NCBI RefSeq assembly: GCF_006345805.1
Contig: NC_043018.1
Location: forward strand, 8,990,001 to 9,054,000
Direction: 5' to 3'
DNA: 64,000 bases
Source of the DNA: Octopus sinensis
Lineage: Eukaryota
Part shown: one piece after another, positions 13,236 through 26,306 of the stretch
How the letters are laid out: each line of letters opens with the position of its first letter
Numbering within the stretch: the stretch's first letter is position 1
Made by a program: the position numbers and the translations under genes
Notes under the pieces: model-generated
What the model was told of the DNA's origin: nothing
Seen by the model: the letters and a program-made list of their open reading frames with translations, nothing else
Databases searched by the model: none

Positions 13236-16200
13236 TTATTAACTTATCAACCAAAGACCCTGAAGACTTGATTCTGTTAGTTACGGTGTTGTAAAAGACA
13301 AGGCAAGAAAGCAACAATAAACAATTTATAATGCAGGAATCTCCAATGAATGATGGGTAGAAAGCAAGTCCAGTGGTATTTCTAGCAAACTGACAAAGAA
13401 TCAAAATTCCAGATGCACTTTTGGAGTACCAGCACTGCTTAATATTGGTCAGATACAAAACTGATGAGAAATATTGGGAATAGAGTAAATAAAAGTTACT
13501 TCCTGCTGAGCATCAGAACCCTACAATACCATTTCTAACAGCAGCAACAACTGAACCAATAAAGGAGCTACTATGTGGTCACTTGAACTTATAAAAACAA
13601 CAGCCAAATATCTCTCAAATCCCACAATTTCAGGTTAAAATATGCCTATAACAAAGAAGATAGTAATACAATTTTGACAAGTGTAACCATTTAGTTTTCA
13701 GATTAAAAAAGCACCAGTCTCTAACTGTAGAGAGAACCTGTTGAAGAGGTAGACCCAGGAAGACATGGAATGAGGTGGTAAAGTATGATCTTCAAATGTT
13801 GGACCTCACAGAGGCAGTGACAAGTGACCAAGACCTTTGGCAACAGGCCGTACTTGAGAAGACCTGTGAAGCCAAGTTAAACCATGGCCAATGCCAGTGT
13901 CACATAACAGGCACCTGTTCTAGTGACATGTAAAAAGCACCCTTCAAACATTGGGCCTCACGGAGATAAGTGACTGAGACCTTTGGCAATATGCCAGGCC
14001 CAAGAAGACTCGTCAAGCCCAGCGAAATTGCAGTTGTGGCCGATGCCAGAGTCAGATAACTGGCACCTGTATCTGTGACACATAAAAAGCACCCATTACA
14101 CTCTGTAGAATGGTTGGTGGTAGGAAGGGCATCCAGCTATAGAAACCATGTCAAATTAGATTGGAACCTGGTGCAGCTCCCTAGCTTACCAATTTCAGTC
14201 AAACCATCCAACCCATGCCAGCATGGAAAGCAGACACCAGATGATGATGATTACGCCGTCAAATGTAAAACTTATTAATTCATATTGTTCTGAATTAATC
14301 ACACATTATCTTGTACCTTCAAGATTTTGATGATATGATTGTTTTATTTTTATAATAACATTATAGGGTAGGTGTGAGAGACAGGATCTGGCCAGTGTGA
14401 ACATAAGACAGAATATTTGGGTCTGATACAATTGGTTTAATCAGTAAATAGCTAACTGTAGCACAAGTCTGGGCAAGGTTGTTTATGGAAGACCAGCATT
14501 CGCCCATGCATACCAGCCTCCTCTCTCCATGCCACCGATGTTATCCAAGAGAAAGGCAAAGGCTGATACAGCTTGGCACCAGTGACATCACAACTCATTT
14601 CTACAGCTGAGAGAACTGGAGTAGCATGAAGTCATGTGTCTCTGTATTGCCAGCTCAAATCCCACTCTAGCATCTTAAAAAAGGAAATGACAAATTTGAT
14701 AATGTAACCCTAGATACACTTAGACATTTGAGATGGCTACAGCTAGGATGCTTTTGAGCATAAGTTTACTTAATTCAGGGTTGACCTGGAGCTGAATTAA
14801 AAACTCACACCAACAACTTGGTAGAAATAGCAGTCAAATCCCTCTTGAATCACATCTAGACTTAAGGAAAAAAAAGGAGACAGAAGACACACGGAACTTA
14901 GTTATACTTTATCTGAAATTAAGACAGGATGGCCATGACCAGAATGTCTTTGGTTTTGATCCTGGGTCAACTGGATTTTAGCCTAACTGGGATTAAAGAA
15001 ACGACAATGGAATTTTTTTAAAAATTTTTTATCTTACACTTGTTTCAGTCATTTGACTGCGGCCATGCTGGAGCACCACATTGAGGAAAAGAATTTTAGT
15101 TGAACAAAGCAACTCAAGTACTTATTTTTCTTTTAAGCCTGGTACTTTATCAGTCTGTTTTGATGAACTGCTGAGTCACAGGGATGTAAACACACCAACA
15201 CCAGTTGTCAAACACTGGTGGGGGACAAACACAGACACAAAGACACACAAACATAGATATATCTACATACATGATGATGATGATGATGATATACACAACA
15301 GACAAGTTTCAGTTTCTGTCTACTAAATCCACTCACAAGGCTTTCGTTGGCCCAGGGCTATAGTAGAAGACATTTGCCCAAGGTGCCACACAGTGGGATT
15401 GAACCCAGAACCAGGTGGTTTGGAAGCAAACTTCTTACCACACAACCACACCTCTCTTTACTCTATCTCTTTCTCTTTTACTTGTTTCAGTCATTTGATT
15501 GCAGCCATGCTGGAGCACCGCCTTTAGTCGAGCAAATCGACCCCAGGACTTATTCTTTCGAAGCCTAGTACTTATTCTGTCGGGGACGTAAACACACCAA
15601 CATCGGTTGTCAAGCAATTTTGGGGGGACAAATGCAGACACACATACATATACGCGCACATACATATATACATATACATATATACGAGGGGCTTCTTTCA
15701 GTTTCCGTCTAGCAAATCCACTCACAAGGCTTTGGTCGATCCAAGTAGAAGACATTTTCCCAAGGTGCCAAGCAGTGGGACTGAACCCAGAACCATGTGG
15801 TTGGTAAGCAAGCTTCTTACCACACAAACACACCTAACAACTATTATATTACAATTAGGAACAATTATTTCACAAACAAAAAAACAAAAAAATTATAGCA
15901 ATCATTGACCTCAACAACAACAACAACAGCAGCATCACCTCCCCCACCACCTATCAATCACTATTACTGTTGTCACCTTAACAGAAACCTAACCAATGTT
16001 AAAACATGGCTGTCAACCCATTTGTTGACCGTTCAACAAATGGGTTTCGTCTTGTCACACGCTAAGACTGTCATCAGATCATTTCATGGACACTTTCGAG
16101 AAAACGACAAAGAAAACTTTGAATCTACATTAACACACACACATTCACACACACACACACACAATTGTTGTCTTTACTCTTTTACTTGTTTCAGTCATTT

Positions 16201-16354
16201 GACTGCGGCCATGCTGGAGCATCGCCCTTAGTCGAGCAAATCGACCCCAGGACTTATTCTATCGGTCTCTATTGCTGAACCGCTAAGTTACGGGGACATA
16301 AACACACCAGCGATGTTGGGGGCCAAACACAGACACACAAACGTATACACACAG

Positions 16355-16399
<45 letters not shown>

Positions 16400-16400
16400 A

Positions 16401-16799
16401 TTTATTATATAGAAGGAGCTTCTACAGGACTAGTACTGTTTCATTCAAGAGAAATCTTCAGGAAGCTATTTAACAAGAATTGTATTAGCATTTATACATT
16501 TAGGCAGGTTTAAAGGAGTGGGTGGTGGGGGACTTTTTGGGGGTAGGCATAGCGCAAAAATCATACTTGGGGGAGTGGTCAAGGAGTCAGTGGTAAGTTA
16601 GATGAAAGAATAGATAAATAAAAAATAAAATAAAAAATAAAAAATAAAAAATAAAAAATAAAAAAAATAAAAAAAATAAAAAATAAAATGTGTGCACATA
16701 CTTACATAAACACATATACATACACACACACATACGTACACATGTGTGCCTATACATACCTACACATACACACATACACACAACATACATATAATATAT

Positions 16800-16851
<52 letters not shown>

Positions 16852-17202
16852 TATATAATATATATATATATATATACACAATCAAATACAGGCCCATTCC
16901 TAATTTTAATTTTATTATCTTCATTTATTACTTTTGTTATCTTGATCGCTAGCTAAGGATCCTGGCGATGGCAGCATGTCAATTGTCTGTCTACTAGAAG
17001 GCAAGTACTCGTTCCCGCACGCACACTCATTAGCACGTACATACACCATTCGTACACTCATACACATACACGTACGCACGCGTTATATTCATACATACAA
17101 ACATCTACATACGTTCACGTATATACACATACGTACTCGTACCTACAGATTCATGTCTACACTTTAGGAGGCTAGTCTATATATATACACCAATAAATAT
17201 AC

Positions 17203-17258
<56 letters not shown>

Positions 17259-17356
17259 TACACACACAACACACATATATATACTCCTACATACAGATAC
17301 ATACCCATATATATAATACATATACACACACATACATATATATATTATATATATAT

Positions 17357-17401
<45 letters not shown>

Positions 17402-17611
17402 CATACACACACACATATATATACACACACATACATACACATATATATACATACACAAACATATATACACACATATATATATATACATATATACACACAT
17501 ACATACACACACCTACATACATATACACACAAACACATACATACGTAAACATACATACATACATCCATACATCCATACTTACATGCATTTATACGCATAC
17601 ATACACCCCCA

Positions 17612-17656
<45 letters not shown>

Positions 17657-18876
17657 TCACACATACATATACAAATATACGCCCACACATACATACATAC
17701 ACGTATACGCATACACGCACATACACATATACATGCGTACCCATACACGTGCACACACGCACATGCATCCATATATATACACACACACACACATATATAC
17801 ACGTGTGCAAGCATACATACATACTCATACACGCACACATACTTACCTATACATATATGCACACACTTACACACATATATACATACACATATACATGCAT
17901 ACATACATATAGCATACATACACATACACGCACATACACATAACACATGCGTACCCATACACGTGCACGCACGCACGCGCATCCATATAATACACACACA
18001 CAAATATATAACACGTGTGCAAGCATACATACATACTCATACACGCGCACATACTACATATACATATATGCACACACTTACACACATATATACATACACA
18101 TATACATGCATACATACATATATGCATACATACACACACGCGCACTCATATATACTATATATATATATATATATATATACTACATAATACACATATATAT
18201 ATATACATATATATACACAAACATATATATACAAATATAAATACACATACATGCACACCTACACACACATACACAGGTGTGCATGTATGTGTATGTGTGA
18301 TATATATGTTTGTGTATATATATGTATATATATATATGTGTATATATGTATATATATATATATATATATAGGTATATATGAGTGTGCGCGTGTGTGTATG
18401 TATGCATATATGTATGTATGCATGTATATGTGTATGTATATATGTGTGTAAGTGTGTGCATATATGTATATGTAAGTATGTGCGCGTGTATGAGTATGTA
18501 TGTATGCTTGCACACGTGTATATATATGTGTGTGTGTGTATATATTGGATGCGCGTGCGTGCGTGCGTGCACGTGTATGGGTACGCATGTGTATATGTGT
18601 ATGTGCGTGTATGTGTATGTATGCATATATGTATGTATGCATGTATATGTGTATGGTATATGTGTGTAAGTGTGTGCATATATGTATAGGTAAGTATGTG
18701 TGCGTGTATGAGTATGTGTATGCTTGCACCGTGTATATATGTGTGTGTGTGTGTATATATATGGATGCATGTGCGTGTGTGCACGTGTATGGGTACGCAT
18801 GTATATGTGTATGTGCGTGTATGCGTATACGTGTATGTATGTATGTGTGGGCGTATATTTGTATATGTATGTGTGA

Positions 18877-18939
<63 letters not shown>

Positions 18940-19684
18940 TGGGGGTGGTTGTATGTAGTATAAATGCATGTAAGTATGGATGTATGGATGTATGTATGTA
19001 TGTTTACGTATGTATGTGTTTGTGGTATATGTATGTAGGTGTGTGGTGTGTATGTATGTGTATATGTATATATATATATGTGTGTATATATGTTGTGTAT
19101 GTTATATATGTGTATGTATGTGTGTGTATATATATGTGTGTGTGTGTATGTATGTATATATATATATATTATATATATTATATATGTATGTATATATATA
19201 TATATATGTATGTGTGTGTATATGTATATATAATGGGTATGTATCTGTATGTAGGATGTATATATGTATGTGTGTGTGTGTGTGTGTGTAGGTATATATA
19301 TATATATATTATATATATATATATATATATATGTATTTATTGGTGTATATATATAGACTAGCCTCCTAAAGTGTAGACATGAATCTGTAGGTACGAGTAC
19401 GTATGTGTATATACGTGAACGTATGTAGATGTTGTATGTATGAAATAACGCGTGCGTACGTGTATGTGTATGAGTGTACGAATGGGTGTATGTACGTGCT
19501 AATGAGTGTGCGTGCGGGACGAGTACTTGCCTTCTAGTAGACAGACAATTGGACATGCTGCCATCGCCAGGATCCTTAGCCTAGCGATCTAAGATAACAA
19601 AAGTAATAAATGAAGATAATAAAATTAAAATTAGGGAATGGGCCTGTATTTGATTGTGTATATATATATATATATATATATCTA

Positions 19685-19716
<32 letters not shown>

Positions 19717-20086
19717 GTGTATGTGTAGGTATGTATAGGCACACATGTGTACGTATGTGTGTGTGTATGTATATGTGTTTATGTAAGTATGTGCACACAT
19801 TTTATTTTTTTATTTTTTTATTTATTTTTTTATTTTTTTAATTTTTTTTATTTTTATTTTATTTTTTTATTTATCTATTCTTTCATCTAACTTACCACTG
19901 ACTCCTTGACCACTCCCCCAAGTATGATATTTTGCGCTATGCCTACCCCCAAAAAAGTCCCCCACCACCACTCCTTTAAACCTGCCTAAATGTATAAATG
20001 CTAATACAATTCTTGTTAAATAGCTTCCTGAAGATTCTCTGAATGAAACAGTACTAGTCCTGTAGAAGCTCCTTCTATATAATAAA
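16401..20086. repeat. ~3.7-kb palindrome (arms ~1.85 kb, 14-nt spacer at 18261-18274), mostly (TA)n/(CA)n with unique blocks
   Basis: Unique blocks 16401-16620 and 16880-17190 recur as reverse complements at 19860-20086 and 19350-19660. Confidence 0.9.
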
Positions 20087-20439
20087 TTAATTTTACTCTG
20101 CTAGTATTGAGTACAAAAACTTACTTACTGTGGTTAACCCCGGAGCAACCCTGCCTACAATATATATAATATATATATAGTATATATATATATATATATA
20201 TATATATAATGTGTGTTGAAACATTCCTGTCAAAACCTGGGACCTTGAAGACTGCTTAAATGCAAGAAAGTATACTAGTTCCTTAATATTTGATATTCAA
20301 TATTTCATCTACTCAATAAGACAATCAATACTTCATTTCATTTTACTATATATACTACTTATACTATATATTCTATATTCTACATTAATATTATAAAGAA
20401 TATAAATAAAACATAAAAAACAGAGTTGGAATTTCTTTG

Positions 20440-20485
<46 letters not shown>

Positions 20486-21010
20486 ATATACATATATATA
20501 TATATATATCTGCACGCATTTTTTTTCCCTCCTTCTTTCTGTGTTTCTTCTCTGTGTATCTTTCTGTTGAAGAGCGTAGGCTCGAAACGTTAAAGACTTG
20601 TTTTATTTATATTCCTGAGCGCCATACTAATACAATTGTTTGTTTGTATTCCACCTGCCTTCGTCTTTTGTTTATTTCCGTAAACCTGCCTTCGTCTTTT
20701 GTCTATTTTCATAAAGCTTCCCGTTATAATATATATATATATATATACATACATACATATATATGATGGGCTTCTTTCAGTTTCTGTCTACCAAATCCAC
20801 TCACAAGGCTTTGGTTGGCCCGAGGCTAGAGTAGAAGACACTTTGCCCATGGTGCCACGCAGTGGGACTGACAGTTTACTTTACAATGATGTAATGTCTT
20901 CATTAATCAATCAAAGGAGTTGTTAGAAATGACCGTGATGAATTGACACCTACACCTCTACTCTTACTCATATTTCATATATGTATACACACACACGCAT
21001 ATATATATAT

Positions 21011-21232
21011 ATATATTATATAGAGGGCATTACTATATATATATGCCACATGCTAGGAGGGACTCTTAAAGTCAAAACTACCAAAATAAATAAACACATC
21101 ATACTGATTTAAAAAGAATTGCTTCTAGTGTTGCATTTGGTACAATGTGTTTATTTATTTGGGTAGTTTTGACTTTAAGAGTCCCTCCTAGCATGTGGCA
21201 TTTATGTATAGTAATGCCCTCTATATAATATA
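21011..21232. repeat. Palindromic MITE-like hairpin (arms ~88 bp, spacer ~45 bp) in (TA)n
   Basis: tatatagagggcattacta...aaataaacacat is mirrored by atgtgtttattt...tagtaatgccctctatata. Confidence 0.85.
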
Positions 21233-21351
21233 AATAAATATATTTAAGTGAAAAAATTGGTTGATTTTTTTCTCTTATGAGGTTTTTCACGCTAACTACT
21301 TGATAAATTCTTTTAAGGATTTTATCCTATTTTAAAATTGTATATATATAT

Positions 21352-21745
21352 CGCAGGAGTGGCTGTGTGGTAAGTAGCTTGCTAACCAACCACATGGTTC
21401 CGGGTTCAGTCCCACTGCGTGGCACCTTGGGCAAGTGCCTTCTGCTATAGCCCTGGGCCGACCAAAGCCTTGTGAGAGGATTTGGTAGACGGAAACTGAA
21501 AGAAGCCTGTCGTATATATGTATATATATATATATATGTGTGTGTGTTTGTGTGTCTGTGTTTGTCCCCCCAACATCGCTTGACAACCGATGCTGGTGTG
21601 TTTATGTCTCTGTAACTTAGCGGTTCGGCAAAAGAGACCGATAGAATAAGTACTAGGATTACAAAGAATAAGTCCCGGGGTCGATTTGCTCGACTAAAGG
21701 CGGTGCTCCAGCATGGCCACAGTCAAATGACTGAAACAAGTAAAA
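21352..21745 (+). mobile_element. SINE family B, plus-strand copy
   Basis: Full head-to-tail match; other plus copies at 43551-43930, 48340-48855 and 59155-59595. Confidence 0.9.
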
Positions 21746-21824
21746 AATATATATATATATTCATTATTGGCAACACAACACACAATGTAGTCTACAACAT
21801 ATACAAGTACTGAAGTGTACTAAC

Positions 21825-21911
21825 CACGTGTACAACTTTGTCCTGTGTAGAAGAGCTTGATATCATTAACCTCTCACCTATATATGTCCCAGTCAGGTAG
21901 ACTGAGGCCAC
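21825..21911 (-). CDS. Exon 10, phase 0-0, VASVYLTGTYIGERLMISSSSTQDKVVHV
   Basis: Acceptor tttctaatttccag|GTG, donor GTG|gttagt, 87 nt. An internal donor TAG|gtgaga also exists, so the 3' edge is uncertain. Confidence 0.55.
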
Positions 21912-22520
21912 CTGGAAATTAGAAACAAAACTGATTAAGTCAAGTTAATGAAAATATAAACAATCTTTTTTAATGTCGATTCTTTTAATTAAGACAAACA
22001 CACAAACAAAAAGCAACATGACAATGAAAAGCCTCTACGTGGTCACTAGATATGCTAGAAAGCTGCCTCAAATCACAAACCCTCATCTTACATAAACAAC
22101 AATATATTGGATATTATTAATGCACAGTTCTATATTTAATAGATGAGGAATTGTGTACATTATTTACATTTGACGGATATTTGTCCTCATCTTGTTTGTT
22201 GTTGACAATGCTTCGGCTGATATACCTCCAGCCTTCATCAGGTATCTTGGGGAAATTTCAAACCTGGGTTCTCATTCCTAAGGTATTTTTCGATGTTGTT
22301 ATTATTATTATTATTATTCAGGTCACAAGGATTTAGTTGGCCCAAGGCTATAGTAGAAGTCACCCAAGGTGCCTAGTAGTGAAAGCAAACCCAGAACTTC
22401 TTATCACACAACCATGCATGTGCCTACATTATGTTAAAAAATAATTCAAAAACACAGGCAGTGTTTTTTATTAGAATGGTAATAAAGCAGTTAAAAATGA
22501 AAATTTAGAAATAGCAGCCA

Positions 22521-22698
22521 AAGACCGCTTATTCCTATTTACTACAGATATAGCTCCACATATAACATTACTTGTAACTCACATAGGCAAAAGAAAAGAC
22601 TGTTTGATTTCGTTATTTTCCTTCTTTTTGCCTATGTGAGTTACAAATAATGTTATAATGTGGAGCTATATCTGAGGTAAATAGGAATAAGCAGTCTT
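22521..22698. repeat. Imperfect palindrome (arms ~77 bp)
   Basis: aagaccgcttattcctattt...cataggcaaaag is mirrored by ctttttgcctatg...aaataggaataagcagtctt. Confidence 0.85.
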
Positions 22699-22787
22699 AT
22701 TGTGTGGTTGGGAAGCAAACTTCGTACCACACAGATTTTAACTTAAGCAGATCAGGCCGAAAATGTCGCTAGAAGCTGGGATCACCA

Positions 22788-23019
22788 AGCATAGATTTGC
22801 ATATTTCAGTCATATTATGCGGAGAAAATCCCTGGAGAAGGACATCATGCTCGGAATGGTCAGTGGTAAGAGAGGAAGAGGCCGACCAAGAACCCGCTGG
22901 CTTGACACCATCAAGAGTAATACCGGAATGGACATAGCCAATCTGAAAGAAGCAGCCCAGGATAGAACTGACTGGAGGACACTGATCCAACGAGTGACCG
23001 AGAGTCGACTTCGACTGAG

Positions 23020-23068
<49 letters not shown>

Positions 23069-23243
23069 ATACGGAATGGTCAGTGGCAAGAGAGGAAGAG
23101 GCCGACCAAAAACCCGCTGGCTTGACACCATCAAGAGTGATACCGGAATGGACATAGCCAATCTGAAAGAAGCAGCCCAGGATAGAACTGACTGGAGGAC
23201 ACTGATCCAACGAGTGACCGAGAGTCGACTTCGACTGAGTGGA
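22788..23243 (+). mobile_element. Tandem pair of RTE (BovB-like) LINE 3' ends separated by (TA)n
   Basis: FAYFSHIMRRKSLEKDIMLGMVSGKRGRGRPRTRWLDTIK; ~170 bp duplicated nearly identically. Confidence 0.88.
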
Positions 23244-25261
23244 TAGATAGATAGATATACGTATAAATACAAGCATGGAATAATATAATACAAGAAAGAT
23301 TACCGTCAAATATTGTTGCTGTGATGGGGCCCACATCTCTATAACGGCCTTCTTACTTTCGGAAACATGTAACTGGGAAGCAGGGAGCAGCACCAACCTG
23401 AAAGGAAACTGGCATCAACATTACATTGCTCAAAATTCCTTTTTTTTTTAATCTTCTTTTATCTTTTATTTGTTTTGGTCATTAGACTGCGACCATGCTG
23501 GGGCACCACCTAGAAGGATTTTAATCAAACAAATTGACCCCAGCACTCATTTTTTTTTAAAGCCTGGAACTTATTCTATCAGTCTCTTTTGCCAAACCAC
23601 TAAGTTTTGGGGATGGAAACACACCAACACTAATTGTCAAGTGGAAGCAGCAGTTGGAGACAAACACATCCACACACACAAACACAAACCCAAATATCAT
23701 CATCATCATCATCGTTTAACGTCTGCTTTCCATGCTAGCATGGGTTGGACGATTTTGACTGAGGTCTGGTGAACCAGATGGCTGCACCAGACTCCAATCT
23801 GGTCTGGCAGAGTTTCTACAGCTGGATGCCCTTCCTAATGCCAACCACTCCAAGAGTGTAGTGGGTGCTTTTATGTGCCACCAGCATGAGAGCTAGTCAG
23901 GTGTTACTGGCAGTGGCCACGCTCAAATGGTGCTTTTTATGTACCACTTGCACAGGAGCCAGTCCAGCAGCACTGGCAATGACCTCGCTTGAATGTTTTT
24001 TCATGTGCCACCAGCACAAGTGCCAGTAAGGCGACACAGCTAACGATTACGTTCGAATGGTGCTTTTTACGTGCCATCGACTCAGAGGCCAGCTTGTAGC
24101 CCTAGCAATGACCTCACTTGTATGGTACTCTCATATATATATATATACACACACACATAAACACACATATACGACAAGCTTCTTTCAGTTCTACCAATTC
24201 CATTCACAAGGATTTAGTTGGCCCAAGGCTATAGTAGAAGTCACCCAAGGTGCCTAGTAGTGAAAGTAAACCCAGAACTTCTTATCACACAATCATGCAT
24301 GTACCTATTTTATTTTTTAAAATAATTCAAAAACACAGGCAGTGTTTTTTATTAGAATGGTAATAAAACAGTTAAGAATGAAGAAATTCAGCATTCAAAA
24401 AATGGGTTCTCAGTTGGAACCTAGTCTAGAGAAAGGGAATATATGTAGAAATAAGGAACTAAAAGATGATTGTCAAACAGATTGGGGGAAACATAGTTCT
24501 TTAGAGGTTCCAAAGTTTCGTTTTTACTATCAGAACAAAGACCAAATACGGGAACATTATCTTCAATGGTTTAAGTGTAAAACAAAGAAAAATGAAGTTA
24601 ACAGTATAAAATTTTTACCTGACAGGAAGGTTTAGATCAGAATAAAAGTTCCAAATCATGGTAAGGAATTGGTGGAATTGATTATCAGCCATAGTGTCAT
24701 CATGGCATACAGAGCAAACCTCACACTGTAAGAAATAATTTTGAAATTGTTGGCATTAGATATGATAAGTATTAATATGAGACAGAAATTATAGTTGGAT
24801 GAAAGAATGGAAAATGATCTTTATTTTAAAGACAGACATTTTATGTATGATGTGTTGATACCATTAAAAACCATTTGTGCTAGTGCCACATAAAATTCAC
24901 CCATGCTGGTGTCATCTACAAAGCGCCTAGTACATTCTCTAAAGGGGCTGGCATTAGGAAAGGCATTTAGCCATAGAAGCCATGCTGAAGCTGACAATTA
25001 GAGCCTGATGCAGCTCCCTGGCTCACCAGCCCCTGTCAAACCACCCAATCTATGCCAGCATGGGAAACAGATGTTAAATGAGGATGATAATGATGATGAA
25101 ACCATTATTACATGTGTTATTAAACATTATTATAGATAGTGTTTGACATTAAAATAACCATAAATTTATTATTATGTAGTATTAAACATAATAATCACCA
25201 ATAAGGGACTGAGAAATACTTGGATCAAATAATAGGAAATGATATTTCTTTTAAAGATTAA

Positions 25262-25483
25262 CCCTTTCATTACTGTATTTATTTTGAGATGCTCTGTGTT
25301 TCATTCAATTAATTTTAAATATAACAAAGAATTTAGTAAAAGAACTTAGTTATCATTAAGCTAGTGTTAGGAACATAGATTGTGACTAAAGTTTGATGAA
25401 AGATTTTAATTCAAAATTTATGAAAACAAGATATTTGTACTACAGAGCCAGAGGTGGTTTTGGCCAGGTTAGTATCAAAAGGG
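25262..25483. mobile_element. piggyBac-like MITE
   Basis: TTAA|CCCTTT...AAAAGGG|TTAA; a second copy lies at 8612-8817. Confidence 0.75.
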
Positions 25484-26253
25484 TTAACATATATTCTAAG
25501 GGCTCCATTGATCAGAGTTGACCATATCTGGATCAAGGATAAGGCTCTTTGTGAAAGACCTGCCATTGCCCATATATACAAATCTTGCCTGTCCATGTTG
25601 CTGATGTTCTCCAGCTTATTAGTGACCTAAGAGGAAAAATGAGATATAAAAGGAACCAGATATAACATCGTGAGAAAAGATTATGCTGGGGTGGACACAT
25701 GATGTGCATGGAGGATCAGAGTTGTGTAAAGAAAGTATTGAGCACTCAAAGTGAATGTGTAACATGTGGAAGAAAAGGATTGAGGAAGACCAGGTTGTGG
25801 AAACTGATTTCAAGATGTTACACTTCATAAATGACATGATGAGGGATTATAATAATTGGTGACACACAGTATCCCCAATGGAATGTCTTCAACCATAGGT
25901 CATCCCATTCAGGGTTCAAAGGGGAATTAGCAACAACAACATTAGCAGCAAATACCAAAAATCCAGTGTGAAGGATCTGAAAATGAAAATGAAACTTCAA
26001 AGTGGCAAGACATAGTTATGACACACAGAAATCTCCAGTGTTATGAAAATATTATTTTTCTGAAAATTTTGTAAAATGAAATTCCATGCCACAAACTTAT
26101 TTCTATGTTCATTGATTTTTGTAATACCATGAAAGCCAATGGTAAAATTGGTTCCACAATGGTACCAGAATTCCACATTACAGCAAGATTTTCAGGGATG
26201 TAAAGCTTCCATAAGAGAGGGGATGCCTGGTCTGTGAATACAAAATATCTCAC

Positions 26254-26306
26254 CTTGGTTGTTTGTGAAGTATGATATAAACCCATGTTGGCACAACTGG
26301 ATACAA
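26254..26306 (-). CDS. Exon 9, phase 1-0, (V)VSSCANMGLYHTSQTTK
   Basis: Very strong acceptor ttttcttttctcttgtcttttag| and donor AAG|gtgaga, 53 nt. Confidence 0.65.

Noticed and set aside
17208-19800. Many long ORFs (up to 458 aa) rich in Y/I/H/T/C/V/M
   Set aside because: They are translations of (TA)n/(CA)n microsatellite mosaics, mirrored on both strands by the palindrome; not genes.
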